From positions 1-55,872 of the forward strand of contig JAQTSG010000001.1 in the NCBI GenBank assembly GCA_028711415.1: 55,872 bases of DNA, given 5' to 3'. The first letter of the stretch is position 1, and every line of letters starts with the position of its first letter. The position numbers and the translations under genes were made by a program. Below the pieces are notes generated by a model, which worked only from the letters and a program-made list of their open reading frames with translations, had not been told where the DNA came from and searched no databases. Origin of the DNA: Patescibacteria group bacterium. GTDB lineage: Bacteria; Patescibacteriota; Patescibacteriia; Patescibacteriales; JAQTRU01. Below, one piece after another: positions 28,609 through 38,264 of the stretch.

Positions 28609-31068
28609 ATGTCAAAACTAAAAATTTTTTTAAGGTTAGCAACTATTTTCAGCCTTGCTTTAACCTTAAATCTGGGTACAGCCCTGGCACAGGAAGAACC
28701 AACAACCTCGGTCGGAGATGAATCCGCGATCACGGCCGAAGAAGAGTCGGCAACTGTAGCTGAAGAGATATTTACCGCGGAGCCGGAAACGCTGGCAGTG
28801 GAATCAGCCGCGGCAACCGAGGACAACGATTTAAGCGCGGAAGTTTTAGGGGTGGACGAGCCGAAATTACTTCCCAGTTCCCCTTTTTATTTCTTTAAAG
28901 AAATCGGGCGGACTATGAGTAATACTTTTACTTTCTCGGCGGAAAAGAAAGCGGAAAAGAGATTGGAGCAGGCGGCCGAGCGTTTAGCCGAAGCTAAAGT
29001 CATGCTTTCCGAAACTAGTTCAGGAGACAGCGGCAAAAACAAAAAAGTTGTTAATGCTTTGATAAAATACCAGCAAGATATGGAAAAAGCGGAAGTAAAT
29101 TTAGCTAAGATAAATAAAGATTCAGATGCTTATAATAATTTACTGGATAAAGCCGTGGATAAATATTCGGCTTTCGCTAAGGTGATGGCCGTGGATGAAG
29201 ATTTGGCTCTGGATATTGATAGGGATATCGCGAAGGAAATATACAAAAGCAAGGAAGGCGTTTTAAATAATCTTGCCGGCCTGATAGAAAAATTGCCTGA
29301 TCCGGCTAAATTAGAAGAAGTTTTACAAAATCAGCCGGGTTCGGATTTTAAAGAATTCAGAAATTTAGAAGTTTTGGGCGAACTGGCAGATAAGCTTCCG
29401 GAAAAGGCGGCGCAGGCGGTAAAAGAAGCCCAGGAGAAAATAAGAGCGAAGATGGAAGAAAAATTAGCGGCAGCGACCGAAGGTAAAACCGGAGAGGATT
29501 TTGCCAATTACGTTATAACTTTGAAAGGCAATCAGGCCGAGCATATGGCTATTTTAGATGAACTGGCTAAGAGCGAAGATTTGCCGGACGAAGTGGTAGA
29601 TGGATTCAGGAAAGCCAAGGACGCGGCCGCTATAAATTTTTCTAAAAAAATGATAAATCATCCGGCCGCAGACCAGATGATGGAGGAAATCTCTTCCGGG
29701 GATATTGATAAGCTGCGGGTTTTGGAAGATTTAGCTGACGCTTTGCCGGATTATAGCGAAGTTAAAGATGAGTTAGAAAAAGCGCGGCAGAAAGGCATTG
29801 ACCGGGCCGTTCTAAAAATGAGCCAGATAGAATCGGTTGATGATAAAATAAATTTTTTAATCAGGGACGGAGTGCCGGACGCGAAAAGTTTTGTTATTTT
29901 AGATGAGCTTCAGGCCAAGTTTACTCCGGAGCAGCAGGAACAAGCGAAAGCCGTAAGGAATAAAGCTTTCCAGATTTTTTCCGATATTGTGGATGACGCG
30001 GAAAATAGCGATAAACTCCTAGAAAGACTGGCAGGCGATAATCCCGATGATGTGGGGTTAATTGCGGCTATCAGGCAGAATCTGCCCGTGGCGATAGCTC
30101 CGAAATTTGACACTTTAGTTAAAAAACAATTGGAAAAGGTGGAAGAGCGTTTGCTTAAAGAAGAAAACCTTGAAAAATTAATTGATTTAAGGGCAAAAAT
30201 GGATGCTTCGCCGGAAGCCCAAGATTTGATAAACAGGGTAAGGCCGCAGTTAATGGAAAAAATAAATGAAAATCAGGTAGACAGGATTTCTCGAGCTTTT
30301 GAGAACGCGGCGGACCCGAGCCGGGTGGTGGAAATTGCCAATAAATATAACGAGCTTTTAGAAAAATATCCGGCCGTAGCCGAAATTTTAAAGAAAGTTA
30401 ATCCTGGTTTGGTGAAAAATTTAATTGAAGTCCAGACGAAGAAGATTGAGGAGCAGATTGCCGAAATCACCGATCCGGAAGAAATGCAAGCAACTTTAGA
30501 AAAATTAGAAGCTTCTGGCATGGAAAAATTTAAAGACCAAATTGGGGCAGCCGCTAAAGAAAGAATAACTAATAAAATTATCAACCAGCAAAAAGAAGTG
30601 GAGAAGAATAAATTCATAGAGCAGATAAAGCAGGAAGCCGGAGGAGAAATCAATCAGCGAGAAATGGAAAGGATATTTGAAGGCAGCATTGGCGATTTAA
30701 TTGAATCATCAGCCGGCCGGCCGAATGCGGAAATAAAACAGGAAGCGGGAAAAGTGATAAGAGAGAGAGTGGAAGCAATTATCCGGGAGCAAAAGACGCA
30801 GGCGGAAATACAAAGACAAACCGAAGCAGGTTCATCTGGCGGAGGGCAGACTGGCGGAGGAATGGGAATTGAAGGAGAATATAATCTGCCGACCAAAGAA
30901 ATAAACGCGCCGCTTCCCTTAAAAGAGATAAATCGGATAAGAGAAGAAGCGGAAGAGGCAGCGGAACAAAAAGCCAGACAGGAAGCGACCAGCCAGATAC
31001 AAACCGGACCAACGCCAGAGCAAATCCAACAAATCCAGCAGGCGCCTATTCAGCCGATGCCAAGATAA
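28609..31068 (+). CDS. Large secreted helical, acidic protein with DUF5667-like N-terminal domain
   Basis: Signal peptide; LLPSSPFYFFKEIGR motif; 819 aa, Glu/Lys-rich, C-terminal Gln/Pro-rich tail. Confidence 0.65.
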   Translation: MSKLKIFLRLATIFSLALTLNLGTALAQEEPTTSVGDESAITAEEESATVAEEIFTAEPETLAVESAAATEDNDLSAEVLGVDEPKLLPSSPFYFFKEIGRTMSNTFTFSAEKKAEKRLEQAAERLAEAKVMLSETSSGDSGKNKKVVNALIKYQQDMEKAEVNLAKINKDSDAYNNLLDKAVDKYSAFAKVMAVDEDLALDIDRDIAKEIYKSKEGVLNNLAGLIEKLPDPAKLEEVLQNQPGSDFKEFRNLEVLGELADKLPEKAAQAVKEAQEKIRAKMEEKLAAATEGKTGEDFANYVITLKGNQAEHMAILDELAKSEDLPDEVVDGFRKAKDAAAINFSKKMINHPAADQMMEEISSGDIDKLRVLEDLADALPDYSEVKDELEKARQKGIDRAVLKMSQIESVDDKINFLIRDGVPDAKSFVILDELQAKFTPEQQEQAKAVRNKAFQIFSDIVDDAENSDKLLERLAGDNPDDVGLIAAIRQNLPVAIAPKFDTLVKKQLEKVEERLLKEENLEKLIDLRAKMDASPEAQDLINRVRPQLMEKINENQVDRISRAFENAADPSRVVEIANKYNELLEKYPAVAEILKKVNPGLVKNLIEVQTKKIEEQIAEITDPEEMQATLEKLEASGMEKFKDQIGAAAKERITNKIINQQKEVEKNKFIEQIKQEAGGEINQREMERIFEGSIGDLIESSAGRPNAEIKQEAGKVIRERVEAIIREQKTQAEIQRQTEAGSSGGGQTGGGMGIEGEYNLPTKEINAPLPLKEINRIREEAEEAAEQKARQEATSQIQTGPTPEQIQQIQQAPIQPMPR

Positions 31069-31076
31069 AATAAAAA

Positions 31077-31106
31077 CCCCGCTCTTTAGACAAGAGCGGG
31101 GTTTTT
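31077..31106. terminator. Strong bidirectional terminator between convergent genes
   Basis: CCCCGCTCTT TAGA CAAGAGCGGGG flanked by A-run and T-run. Confidence 0.85.
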
Positions 31107-31123
31107 GAAAAGGTGAAGTTTAT

Positions 31124-31993
31124 TTAAGTTAGTCTGGATAAATTAGAAAAGCAGGAAAAGTAAATATAGGAGAGGAAAAAGAGGAGCAAGATGGAGCCAG
31201 TTAAGTTTAAATATTTAATTAAACCCAGTAAGTTATACTGTATAAAAAAGTTGTTCAATTGGCTTTGAACGGTATTTTCCGAATAATCCGTCTTATAATA
31301 ATTATCGGCTTTAAGGAAAGAAGAAGAAAAAGTTAATTCATTGCTTACCGAATGAGTTAAAAATTTTTCCCGGGGCAGGGAATTTAAAGACGAAGGAAGA
31401 GAGAAAGGAGAACTTATGTTATAGTCGGTAAAATAATTTCCTAATTCTTCTCCGGCGACCCGCGGTTGAGCCACGCCCAGGGGTGGCGTGCCGAAAATTT
31501 GCACGACCAAAGTTGTGTTTTGGCCGTCAAAGTTGCCTTGACTTACCGCTACCCCGATTTCCTGGTAATAGGAATTTAAGATATTTTTTTTGTGGGTGGG
31601 TGAAGCGAGCCAGGCATCAAGCACGCCTTCGCTCGTAATAAAGTCAATCGCTAGATTTTCTCCGACATAAGAATACTCATAGCCAGTTTCTCTCACCCAG
31701 TCGGAAAATTTTCTTCCGCCGATGTTATGCTGGAACTGGTTGCTTTCTAAAATGGCTTGAGATTTTTCCGCTGCCGCTTGCGCCAGGATTTGATTAGCAT
31801 TTAAGACATTAAGATCATTTTCCATTCTTTCCTTATTTGTAAGCTCAATTATTTTCTCCGGAGTTATAGAAGAAAGATAAGCGGTTTTTGGCCACAAAAA
31901 AATCCCTAAAAGAATTACCAATAGAGATCCTAAATATTTAAAATAATAGATTTTTGCCCAATAAAATAAAGGGCCTTTGTTTTTAGCTAGCAT
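31124..31993 (-). CDS. CAP (SCP/PR1-like, YkwD-type) domain protein
   Basis: N-terminal TM; NKERMENDL..., GENLA, WLASPTHKKNIL motifs. Confidence 0.75.
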   Translation of the reverse strand: MLAKNKGPLFYWAKIYYFKYLGSLLVILLGIFLWPKTAYLSSITPEKIIELTNKERMENDLNVLNANQILAQAAAEKSQAILESNQFQHNIGGRKFSDWVRETGYEYSYVGENLAIDFITSEGVLDAWLASPTHKKNILNSYYQEIGVAVSQGNFDGQNTTLVVQIFGTPPLGVAQPRVAGEELGNYFTDYNISSPFSLPSSLNSLPREKFLTHSVSNELTFSSSFLKADNYYKTDYSENTVQSQLNNFFIQYNLLGLIKYLNLTGSILLLFFLSYIYFSCFSNLSRLT

Positions 31994-32165
31994 TTTTTAT
32001 TTTTATCTTTATTTTTGTTTTTGTCAACCCCAATCAAACCTTTTTAAGCTTATAATACTATTATAGCACAGATAGCAAAAAAAAGCAAGCAAGACGCAAA
32101 TACAAACAATGAGCAGCAAAGATAGTTAATTCCATTAAAAATAGTTCACCCGGGCATTTAAATTC

Positions 32166-32273
32166 AGTTTAAAGTTTGTAAAGTTATAAAGTTTATAAGG
32201 TTGGAGGTTTATAAAGTTATTAGAAAATTGTTTCCCCCGACTTTATAACTTTATAAACTTTTTACTTTTAACT
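32166..32273. repeat. AT-rich heptamer-word inverted repeat (AAGTTAT word)
   Basis: AGTTTAAAGTTTGTAAAGTTATAAAGTTTATAAGG... / GACTTTATAACTTTATAAACTTTTTACTTTTAACT. Confidence 0.85.
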
Positions 32274-32319
32274 AAATTATTTTCTTGCCCTTCTTTAATT
32301 CCTGTATTATAATATTTCT

Positions 32320-32949
32320 ATGTCTTTGACTGATGATTTAATTGAAATCGGGTATTTAAAAACTCCGGCCATAGTTGAGGCCTTTCGAAAAATTAAACGG
32401 AGAAATTTTTTAGTTTCTAAAGATAAAGAAAAGGCGGAAATTAACGCTCCGGTAGCAATCGGTTTTGGTCAGACTATTTCCCAGCCCGCTACGGTAGCGT
32501 TTATGTTTGAGCTACTTTCGCCAAAGCGAGGTGAAAAAATTCTTGATGTGGGCAGCGGCTCGGGCTGGACTTGCGGCCTGCTAGCCCAAATCGTCGGCGA
32601 GAAAGGAAAAGTTTACGGGGTGGAAAGAATAAAGCGACTGAAAGAGATGGCGGAAAGTAATTTAGATAAATACGATTTCATAAAAAAGGGCATTGTACAA
32701 ATATTTTATTCAGATGGAACAAGGGGTTTGCCAACCTTTTCTCCTTTTGATAGGATTATCGTAGCGGCCGCGGCCGAAGAAATTCCGGAAGCATTACTCA
32801 AGCAATTAAAAATTGGCGGCCGGTTAGTTATTCCGGTCGGCAAGCAATTTGAAGCGCAGGAGATGGTAGTGGTTGATAAGGTAGGTGAAAATAATTTTAA
32901 GAAAAAAATATTTCCGGGGTTTATTTTCGTGCCTCTAATAAAAGATTAA
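32320..32949 (+). CDS. pcm: Protein-L-isoaspartate O-methyltransferase
   Basis: QTISQPATVAFMFELL and LDVGSGSGW motifs. Confidence 0.85.
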   Translation: MSLTDDLIEIGYLKTPAIVEAFRKIKRRNFLVSKDKEKAEINAPVAIGFGQTISQPATVAFMFELLSPKRGEKILDVGSGSGWTCGLLAQIVGEKGKVYGVERIKRLKEMAESNLDKYDFIKKGIVQIFYSDGTRGLPTFSPFDRIIVAAAAEEIPEALLKQLKIGGRLVIPVGKQFEAQEMVVVDKVGENNFKKKIFPGFIFVPLIKD

Positions 32950-33122
32950 AAAACGATTATGAACCCCGTTAGAAATCTTGCCAGAAATAAACGGGTAAAA
33001 AATATTAGCCAGAGACTCCATGCTAGAGGCAGACAGGGATCAACCTCCCCGGCCTCGCCAACCCCGCCTTGGCGGGAGGGGCGGACTGGAGAAAATATTA
33101 AAAAATAAATTAGTATATTATT

Positions 33123-34196
33123 ATGGAGAAAAAAAGTAATATAATTTCTGACGGGATGAAATTAATTATTTTTGCCGGCGGCATCGGTACGCGCCTTTGG
33201 CCCTTGTCGCGGCAGAATTCCCCAAAACAATTTGATAAATTTTTCTCCGGCAAGTCGACTCTGGAGTTAGCCGTGGCTCGGGTAGCGCCGGTTTTTGGCT
33301 TGCCTAATATTTTTATCCAGACCGTAGAAAAATATAAGGACATTGTTAAACAGCAGATTCCCGGCTTGCCGGAGGGTAATATTATAATTGAGCCGGCGCG
33401 CCGGAATTTAGGTCCGGCCGTCTGCTTGGCTATGATGGAAATGGAGAAGCGCGGATTTTCCGGCGCGGTAGCAATTCTCTGGTCTGACCAGCTGATTGAA
33501 AAGGAGAAAGATTTTACTAGCAAGTTGGAACTTGGGGAAAAGTTGATAAAGGAGAATCCTGGCCGACTTATATTTTTAGCGGAGAAGCCCCGCTTTGCCA
33601 ATAATAATTTGGGCTGGATGAAAATCGGAGAGAAAGCGGGAGAAATTGAAGGGACTGACTTTTTCCGATTTGCCGGCTGGAAATACCGGCCGGAAATCGG
33701 GGAATGCAACCGGATGTATGAGTCCGGCGAGTATTTTTGGAATCCCGGCTATTTTATAACCTCGGTTGAATTTTTGCTTGAGCAGTACAAGAATTTGTCG
33801 CCGCAGATATACGAGAACGTGAAAAAAGAAACTTATGAGCAAGCCGAGGCGATTCATTTTGACGAAGCGATTTTAGAGAAGGTTGATCTGTCAAAGGCCG
33901 TAATTTTAAAAACTGACATGGGCTGGAGCGATCCCGGAACTTTGTATGCTCTGAAAGAAGCGCTGGAAAAGAGCAGCGAGGCCAATGTAATTCAGGGTGA
34001 GGTAACGACTCTTAACGTCCGTGATAGCTTATTGTATAATTTAGAGAAAGATAAAATAGTAGCTGTCTTGGGAATGGAGGGGGTTATAGTTGTCAATATG
34101 CCGGACGCTTTAATTATTGTTCCTAAAGATGAGGTGGTAAACATTACGAAGTTAATTGACAAAATGAAAGGGGAGGGTTTGGAAAAATATTTATAG
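33123..34196 (+). CDS. Mannose-1-phosphate guanylyltransferase-type nucleotidyltransferase
   Basis: IFAGGIGTRLWPLSR N-terminal signature; WSDPG motif. Confidence 0.8.
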   Translation: MEKKSNIISDGMKLIIFAGGIGTRLWPLSRQNSPKQFDKFFSGKSTLELAVARVAPVFGLPNIFIQTVEKYKDIVKQQIPGLPEGNIIIEPARRNLGPAVCLAMMEMEKRGFSGAVAILWSDQLIEKEKDFTSKLELGEKLIKENPGRLIFLAEKPRFANNNLGWMKIGEKAGEIEGTDFFRFAGWKYRPEIGECNRMYESGEYFWNPGYFITSVEFLLEQYKNLSPQIYENVKKETYEQAEAIHFDEAILEKVDLSKAVILKTDMGWSDPGTLYALKEALEKSSEANVIQGEVTTLNVRDSLLYNLEKDKIVAVLGMEGVIVVNMPDALIIVPKDEVVNITKLIDKMKGEGLEKYL

Positions 34197-34216
34197 ATTA
34201 GATTATTTAATAATCA

Positions 34217-34322
34217 AACCACCCCTAGCCCCTCCTTATCTAAGGAGGGGGAAATATAACAAAACATTTTTTCTAGTTCCCCTCCTCGGTTGAGGAGGGG
34301 GCAGGGGTGGTGGGTGGGTGGT
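34217..34322 (+). repeat. GC-rich composite element, copy B
   Basis: ACCACCCCT, CCCCTCCTTATCTAAGGAGGGG, spacer, CCCCTCCTCGGTTGAGGAGGGG, CAGGGGTGGTGG. Confidence 0.9.
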
Positions 34323-34336
34323 AAATTTTCATAATC

Positions 34337-34687
34337 ATGCGGGCTGTCCATAATCTAACAATTCAAAAAAAGACAAGACAGTATTTACGGAATAATGCTA
34401 CTAAAGCGGAAAAGATATTCTGGCAGGAATTAAGAAATAACAAAATAGGTGTTAAATTCAGAAGGCAGCATGGAATTAAGGGATATGTTGTTGATTTTTA
34501 CTGCCCAAAATTGAAATTAATAATAGAATTAGACGGGGTAGTTCATGATTTTAGAAAACAACGAGAAAGAGATTATTTAAAAGAAAAGGAATTAGAAAAA
34601 TTGAATTTTAAAGTCATAAGATATAATAATTTTGATATTATGGAAAATATCGGCGAAGTAATGAAAGATTTAAGAAAATATTTATAA
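34337..34687 (+). CDS. DUF559 endonuclease-domain protein (Vsr-like fold)
   Basis: KFRRQHGIKGYVVDFYCPKLKLIIELDG motif. Confidence 0.8.
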   Translation: MRAVHNLTIQKKTRQYLRNNATKAEKIFWQELRNNKIGVKFRRQHGIKGYVVDFYCPKLKLIIELDGVVHDFRKQRERDYLKEKELEKLNFKVIRYNNFDIMENIGEVMKDLRKYL

Positions 34688-34690
34688 CAT

Positions 34691-35743
34691 ATGAGACTTA
34701 TAAAAAGTACAATCATTTTAATTATTATTTTGCTTGTTTCAGGCGGCACTTTTTACTGGCGGGGAATAAATTCAGTCGCGGATAAAAACGGGCAAGATGT
34801 CCAATTTTTAATTTCTTCAGGCGAAAGCGTTAAGCAGATAGGAAAAAATTTAACTGAAGCAAAACTGGTTAAGTCGGAATTTTATTTTAAGGCTTATGTC
34901 TGGAAAAATGAACTGGAAGCGAAATTTCAGGCCGGCGAGTATGTTTTAAATCCGAGTTTTTCTATTAAGAAAATCGTTAAAATCTTAACCGGCGGAGAGG
35001 CCCAAAGCAAGGAAAGAACCATAAAAATTATTGAGGGCTGGAATATTCGGGAAATTTCGCAGTATTTTGAAAAAGAAGGAATGTTTCAGTCTGAAGAATT
35101 ATTAGAGCTAGTTGGTTTTCCCCAAGTTGATTACCGGACCAATAAGGAAATGCCTAACCCTAAAAATTATGCTTCCCAATTTGATTTTTTAGCGGACAAG
35201 CCGGCTTATTATGGCCTGGAAGGTTATTTATTTCCGGATACTTACCGGATTTTTAAAGACGCGACTTTGGACGACATAGTTTTAAAGATGCTTGATAATT
35301 TTGATAAAAAATTAACGCCGGAAATGCGCGCCGAAATTGCCAGACAGGGTAAAACAATTTATGAAATTATTACGATGGCGTCTTTAGTGGAAAAAGAGGT
35401 GCGCGCGGAAGACGATATGAAAATAGTTTCCGGGATTTTCTGGGACAGGATAAAAAATAAGCAGGCGCTTGAATCCTGCGCCACTTTAGCTTATGTTTTA
35501 GCCGTTAATAAGCCGCAATATACGGCGGAAGACACTAAAATTGATTCGCCCTACAATACTTACCAGAACAGGGGACTACCGCCCGGCCCGATTTCTAATC
35601 CGGGATTAAAAGCGATTAAAGCCGCGATTTATCCTACTTACACCGATTATAATTATTTCTTAAGCCGGCCAGATACGGGCGAAACGGTTTTTGCCAAGAC
35701 CTATGAAGAGCATGTAAGAAATAAGGCGAAATATTTAAAATAA
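34691..35743 (+). CDS. mltG: Endolytic murein transglycosylase MltG (YceG-like)
   Basis: N-terminal TM; ASLVEKE and YNTYQNRGLPPGPISNPG motifs. Confidence 0.9.
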   Translation: MRLIKSTIILIIILLVSGGTFYWRGINSVADKNGQDVQFLISSGESVKQIGKNLTEAKLVKSEFYFKAYVWKNELEAKFQAGEYVLNPSFSIKKIVKILTGGEAQSKERTIKIIEGWNIREISQYFEKEGMFQSEELLELVGFPQVDYRTNKEMPNPKNYASQFDFLADKPAYYGLEGYLFPDTYRIFKDATLDDIVLKMLDNFDKKLTPEMRAEIARQGKTIYEIITMASLVEKEVRAEDDMKIVSGIFWDRIKNKQALESCATLAYVLAVNKPQYTAEDTKIDSPYNTYQNRGLPPGPISNPGLKAIKAAIYPTYTDYNYFLSRPDTGETVFAKTYEEHVRNKAKYLK

Positions 35744-35752
35744 AGCAAAAAA

Positions 35753-35781
35753 CAGCCCCGAGTGCTCGGGACTGTTTTTTT
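35753..35781 (+). terminator. Intrinsic terminator after mltG
   Basis: CAGCCCCGAG TG CTCGGGACTG followed by T7. Confidence 0.8.
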
Positions 35782-35797
35782 GTTTGGCCATGAGTCC

Positions 35798-35825
35798 TTG
35801 ACAAGCTTTTTTAATATGTTAATAT
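35798..35825 (+). promoter_or_regulatory. Promoter TTGACA-16-TAATAT upstream of the Rrf2/Fe-S cluster
   Basis: Direct read. Confidence 0.65.
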
Positions 35826-35910
35826 ATAAATACCTACTAAAATAGTGTGTATTAGATACCTCGCCCTAATCCCCCCAACCCCCTTTATCAGGGGGGGGGC
35901 AAAAAAATGT

Positions 35911-36315
35911 ATGAATTTTTCTACCAGGACAACTTACGGGCTTCGGGCCATGATTAGATTGGCGGGGCGCAAAGGCCCGGAATCTCTGTCTCTTCCCAAT
36001 ATCGCCAAAGCGGAAAATATTTCTTTGGGCTATTTGGAAAGATTATTTTCTGATTTGAAAAAAGGCGGTTTAGTTCAATCGGGCAAGGGCGTCAAGGGCG
36101 GCTATAAACTAGCAAAGCCAGCTGAAAGAATAGAGGTTTATGAAATAGTTAAATCTTTGGAGGGCAAGATGTCTCCATTCCATTGTCTGGACGAAGGTGG
36201 TAAAATTTATTGTAAGGTCAGCTGCCGATGCGGAGCGACCAAAGTTTTAATTAAAGTTCAAGAGGCCGTTAAAAAGACTTTGAAAGGAATAAAATTGAGC
36301 GACTTAGTCGCATAA
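35911..36315 (+). CDS. Rrf2 family transcriptional regulator (IscR-like)
   Basis: MNFSTRTTYGLRAMIRLA wHTH start; C-terminal Cys cluster HCLDEGGKIYCKVSCRCG; ATG 35911 preferred over the repeat-encoded extension. Confidence 0.85.
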   Translation: MNFSTRTTYGLRAMIRLAGRKGPESLSLPNIAKAENISLGYLERLFSDLKKGGLVQSGKGVKGGYKLAKPAERIEVYEIVKSLEGKMSPFHCLDEGGKIYCKVSCRCGATKVLIKVQEAVKKTLKGIKLSDLVA

Positions 36316-36334
36316 CGCATAACGAGAAGGTCTT

Positions 36335-37168
36335 ATGAGAAATAAAATCCCCTCAACCCCCTTTATCCCATTGACTCCAGCCGGCTGGCGGATTTGGCGG
36401 ATAAGCAAGGGGGAGCAAAGAAATATTTATTTATTGTTATTTTTTATATTCTATTTTTTATTTTTTAATTTTGCCCCGGTCTCGGCCGGCGGTTTGCCGG
36501 ATTTTGACGGTGATGGCGTTTCGGATAAAGATGAAACAGAGATTTATAAAACCAATATAAAACTGGCTGATACGGACGGAGACGGTTATACGGATTGGGT
36601 AGAATTAAATACAGGATACTCGCCGCTTAATCCGAAGAGGGTGAAACTAGAAGACAATGATTATGACGGCGATGGCCTGTCTGACAGAATGGAATTAAAT
36701 TTTCATACGGATTTAACTAATCCGGACACAGACGCTGACGGCCACTCGGACGGAGAAGAAATAAAGGACGGTTATAATCCACTTCTTGGCGAAGAGGCAA
36801 AATTAGAAAAACGGATAGAAGTTAATACCAAAGTGCAGGTTTTAAGTTATTTCTTGGGTGGTGTTCGTTTGGGCAGTTTTTCGGTTTCCACCGGCAAAGC
36901 GAGCATGCCGACGCCAAAAGGCCATTTTAAAATTTATAATAAGTTTCCCAAGGCCTGGTCAAGCTATGGCTTATGGATGCCGTATTGGCTGGGGATGCAA
37001 TTTGGGCGGTTCGGGATTCATGAACTACCGGTCTGGCCAAGCGGCTATAAAGAAGGGGAAGATCATTTAGGCACGCCGGTTTCGCATGGCTGTATCCGTT
37101 TAGGGACAGGCCCGGCCAAGCTTATTTATGACTGGACGCCGGTCGGGACCCCGGTATTTATTTACTAA
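36335..37168 (+). CDS. L,D-transpeptidase (YkuD domain) with N-terminal DxDxDG calcium-binding-type repeats
   Basis: SHGCIRL catalytic motif; DTDGDGYTD, DYDGDGLSD, DTDADGHSD repeats; exact start uncertain. Confidence 0.85.
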   Translation: MRNKIPSTPFIPLTPAGWRIWRISKGEQRNIYLLLFFIFYFLFFNFAPVSAGGLPDFDGDGVSDKDETEIYKTNIKLADTDGDGYTDWVELNTGYSPLNPKRVKLEDNDYDGDGLSDRMELNFHTDLTNPDTDADGHSDGEEIKDGYNPLLGEEAKLEKRIEVNTKVQVLSYFLGGVRLGSFSVSTGKASMPTPKGHFKIYNKFPKAWSSYGLWMPYWLGMQFGRFGIHELPVWPSGYKEGEDHLGTPVSHGCIRLGTGPAKLIYDWTPVGTPVFIY

Positions 37169-37215
37169 TTTCGCATAACGCGTAACGCACAATGCATAAC
37201 ATGGTGCATAAAAAT

Positions 37216-37584
37216 ATGTCTTATTCCAAGAAAGTTTTAGAGCATTTTAAAAATCCCCATAACCAGGGCGTGATTAAGAATGCGGACGCGATCGGCAAGG
37301 TCGGAAATCCTACTTGCGGAGACGTCATGAAAATTTACATAAAAGTCAAAGATAATAAGATAAAAGATATAAAATTTGAGACTCTCGGTTGTGCCGCGGC
37401 CATTGCGGTGTCTTCGGCCCTGACCGATATGGTAAAGGGCAAAACCATAGAAGAAGCTCTAAAAGTAACAAAAGATAAAATTGTAAAAGATTTAGGCGGC
37501 CTGCCTCCGGTAAAAGTCCATTGTTCAATGCTCGGAGTTGAGGCCTTGCACGAAGCGATAAAGAATTACGAATCCAGTAATTAG
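37216..37584 (+). CDS. iscU: Fe-S cluster scaffold protein IscU/NifU N-terminal type
   Basis: GNPTCGDVM, LGCAAAIA, VHCS cysteine motifs. Confidence 0.9.
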   Translation: MSYSKKVLEHFKNPHNQGVIKNADAIGKVGNPTCGDVMKIYIKVKDNKIKDIKFETLGCAAAIAVSSALTDMVKGKTIEEALKVTKDKIVKDLGGLPPVKVHCSMLGVEALHEAIKNYESSN

Positions 37585-37652
37585 TAATTGGAAATTTGTA
37601 ATTTGGAAATTGTTTAAAAATTTAAAATTTAAAATTTAAAATTAATAAGAAT

Positions 37653-38219
37653 ATGGCAGAAGTAAAAATTTTAATGAGGGGCTATACTTCGGCTGAAGAA
37701 GTGGAGGTAGCCGGAGAAGAAAGAACCTGCCCGACTATTAGTTTAGTGAGGGACGGAGGGAAAACCATAATTGTTGACCCGGGAGTTTTAAGAAACCCGG
37801 ATGACCTAAGGGAAAAATTAAGGGAAGACGGCTTAACGACGGATGATATAGATTTTATTTTTTTAACCCATTCCCATCTTGACCATTACCGCAATACCGG
37901 TATGTTCGCCAAGGCAAAAGTTATAGAATATTTCGGGATTTGGGACGGGAATAAATGCGATGATTGGCAGGAACAGTTTAGCGAAGATATCAAAATTATA
38001 AAAACGCCCGGGCATGATTCCAGTTCTTTGACTCTTTTGGTGGAGACGGCTAAGGGAACAGTAGCGGTTTGCGGGGACGTTTTTTGGAAAGAAAATTATC
38101 CGGAAAACGACCCTTACGCTTCGGATCCGGCTAAACTAGCCGAGAGCCGGAAAAAAGTTTTAGAATCTGCTGATTTTGTCATTCCCGGGCACGGAAGTAT
38201 GTTTAAAACTAAAAAGTAA
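37653..38219 (+). CDS. MBL-fold metallo-hydrolase
   Basis: LTHSHLDH (HxHxDH) motif, TPGHD, IPGHG. Confidence 0.8.
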   Translation: MAEVKILMRGYTSAEEVEVAGEERTCPTISLVRDGGKTIIVDPGVLRNPDDLREKLREDGLTTDDIDFIFLTHSHLDHYRNTGMFAKAKVIEYFGIWDGNKCDDWQEQFSEDIKIIKTPGHDSSSLTLLVETAKGTVAVCGDVFWKENYPENDPYASDPAKLAESRKKVLESADFVIPGHGSMFKTKK

Positions 38220-38264
38220 TACCTGCCTGCCGGCAGGCAGGAAATAATAAAATAATATAAAAAT

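Noticed and set aside
28533-28826. 97-aa minus-strand ORF
   Set aside because: It lies antisense to the signal-peptide/acidic N-terminus of the DUF5667-like gene and crosses the groEL terminator.
33110-33709. 199-aa minus-strand ORF
   Set aside because: It completely overlaps the well-supported nucleotidyltransferase gene on the plus strand.
35845-35910. Upstream start for the Rrf2 regulator
   Set aside because: The extension is encoded by the CCCCC...GGGGG repeat element. The wHTH N-terminus begins at ATG 35911.
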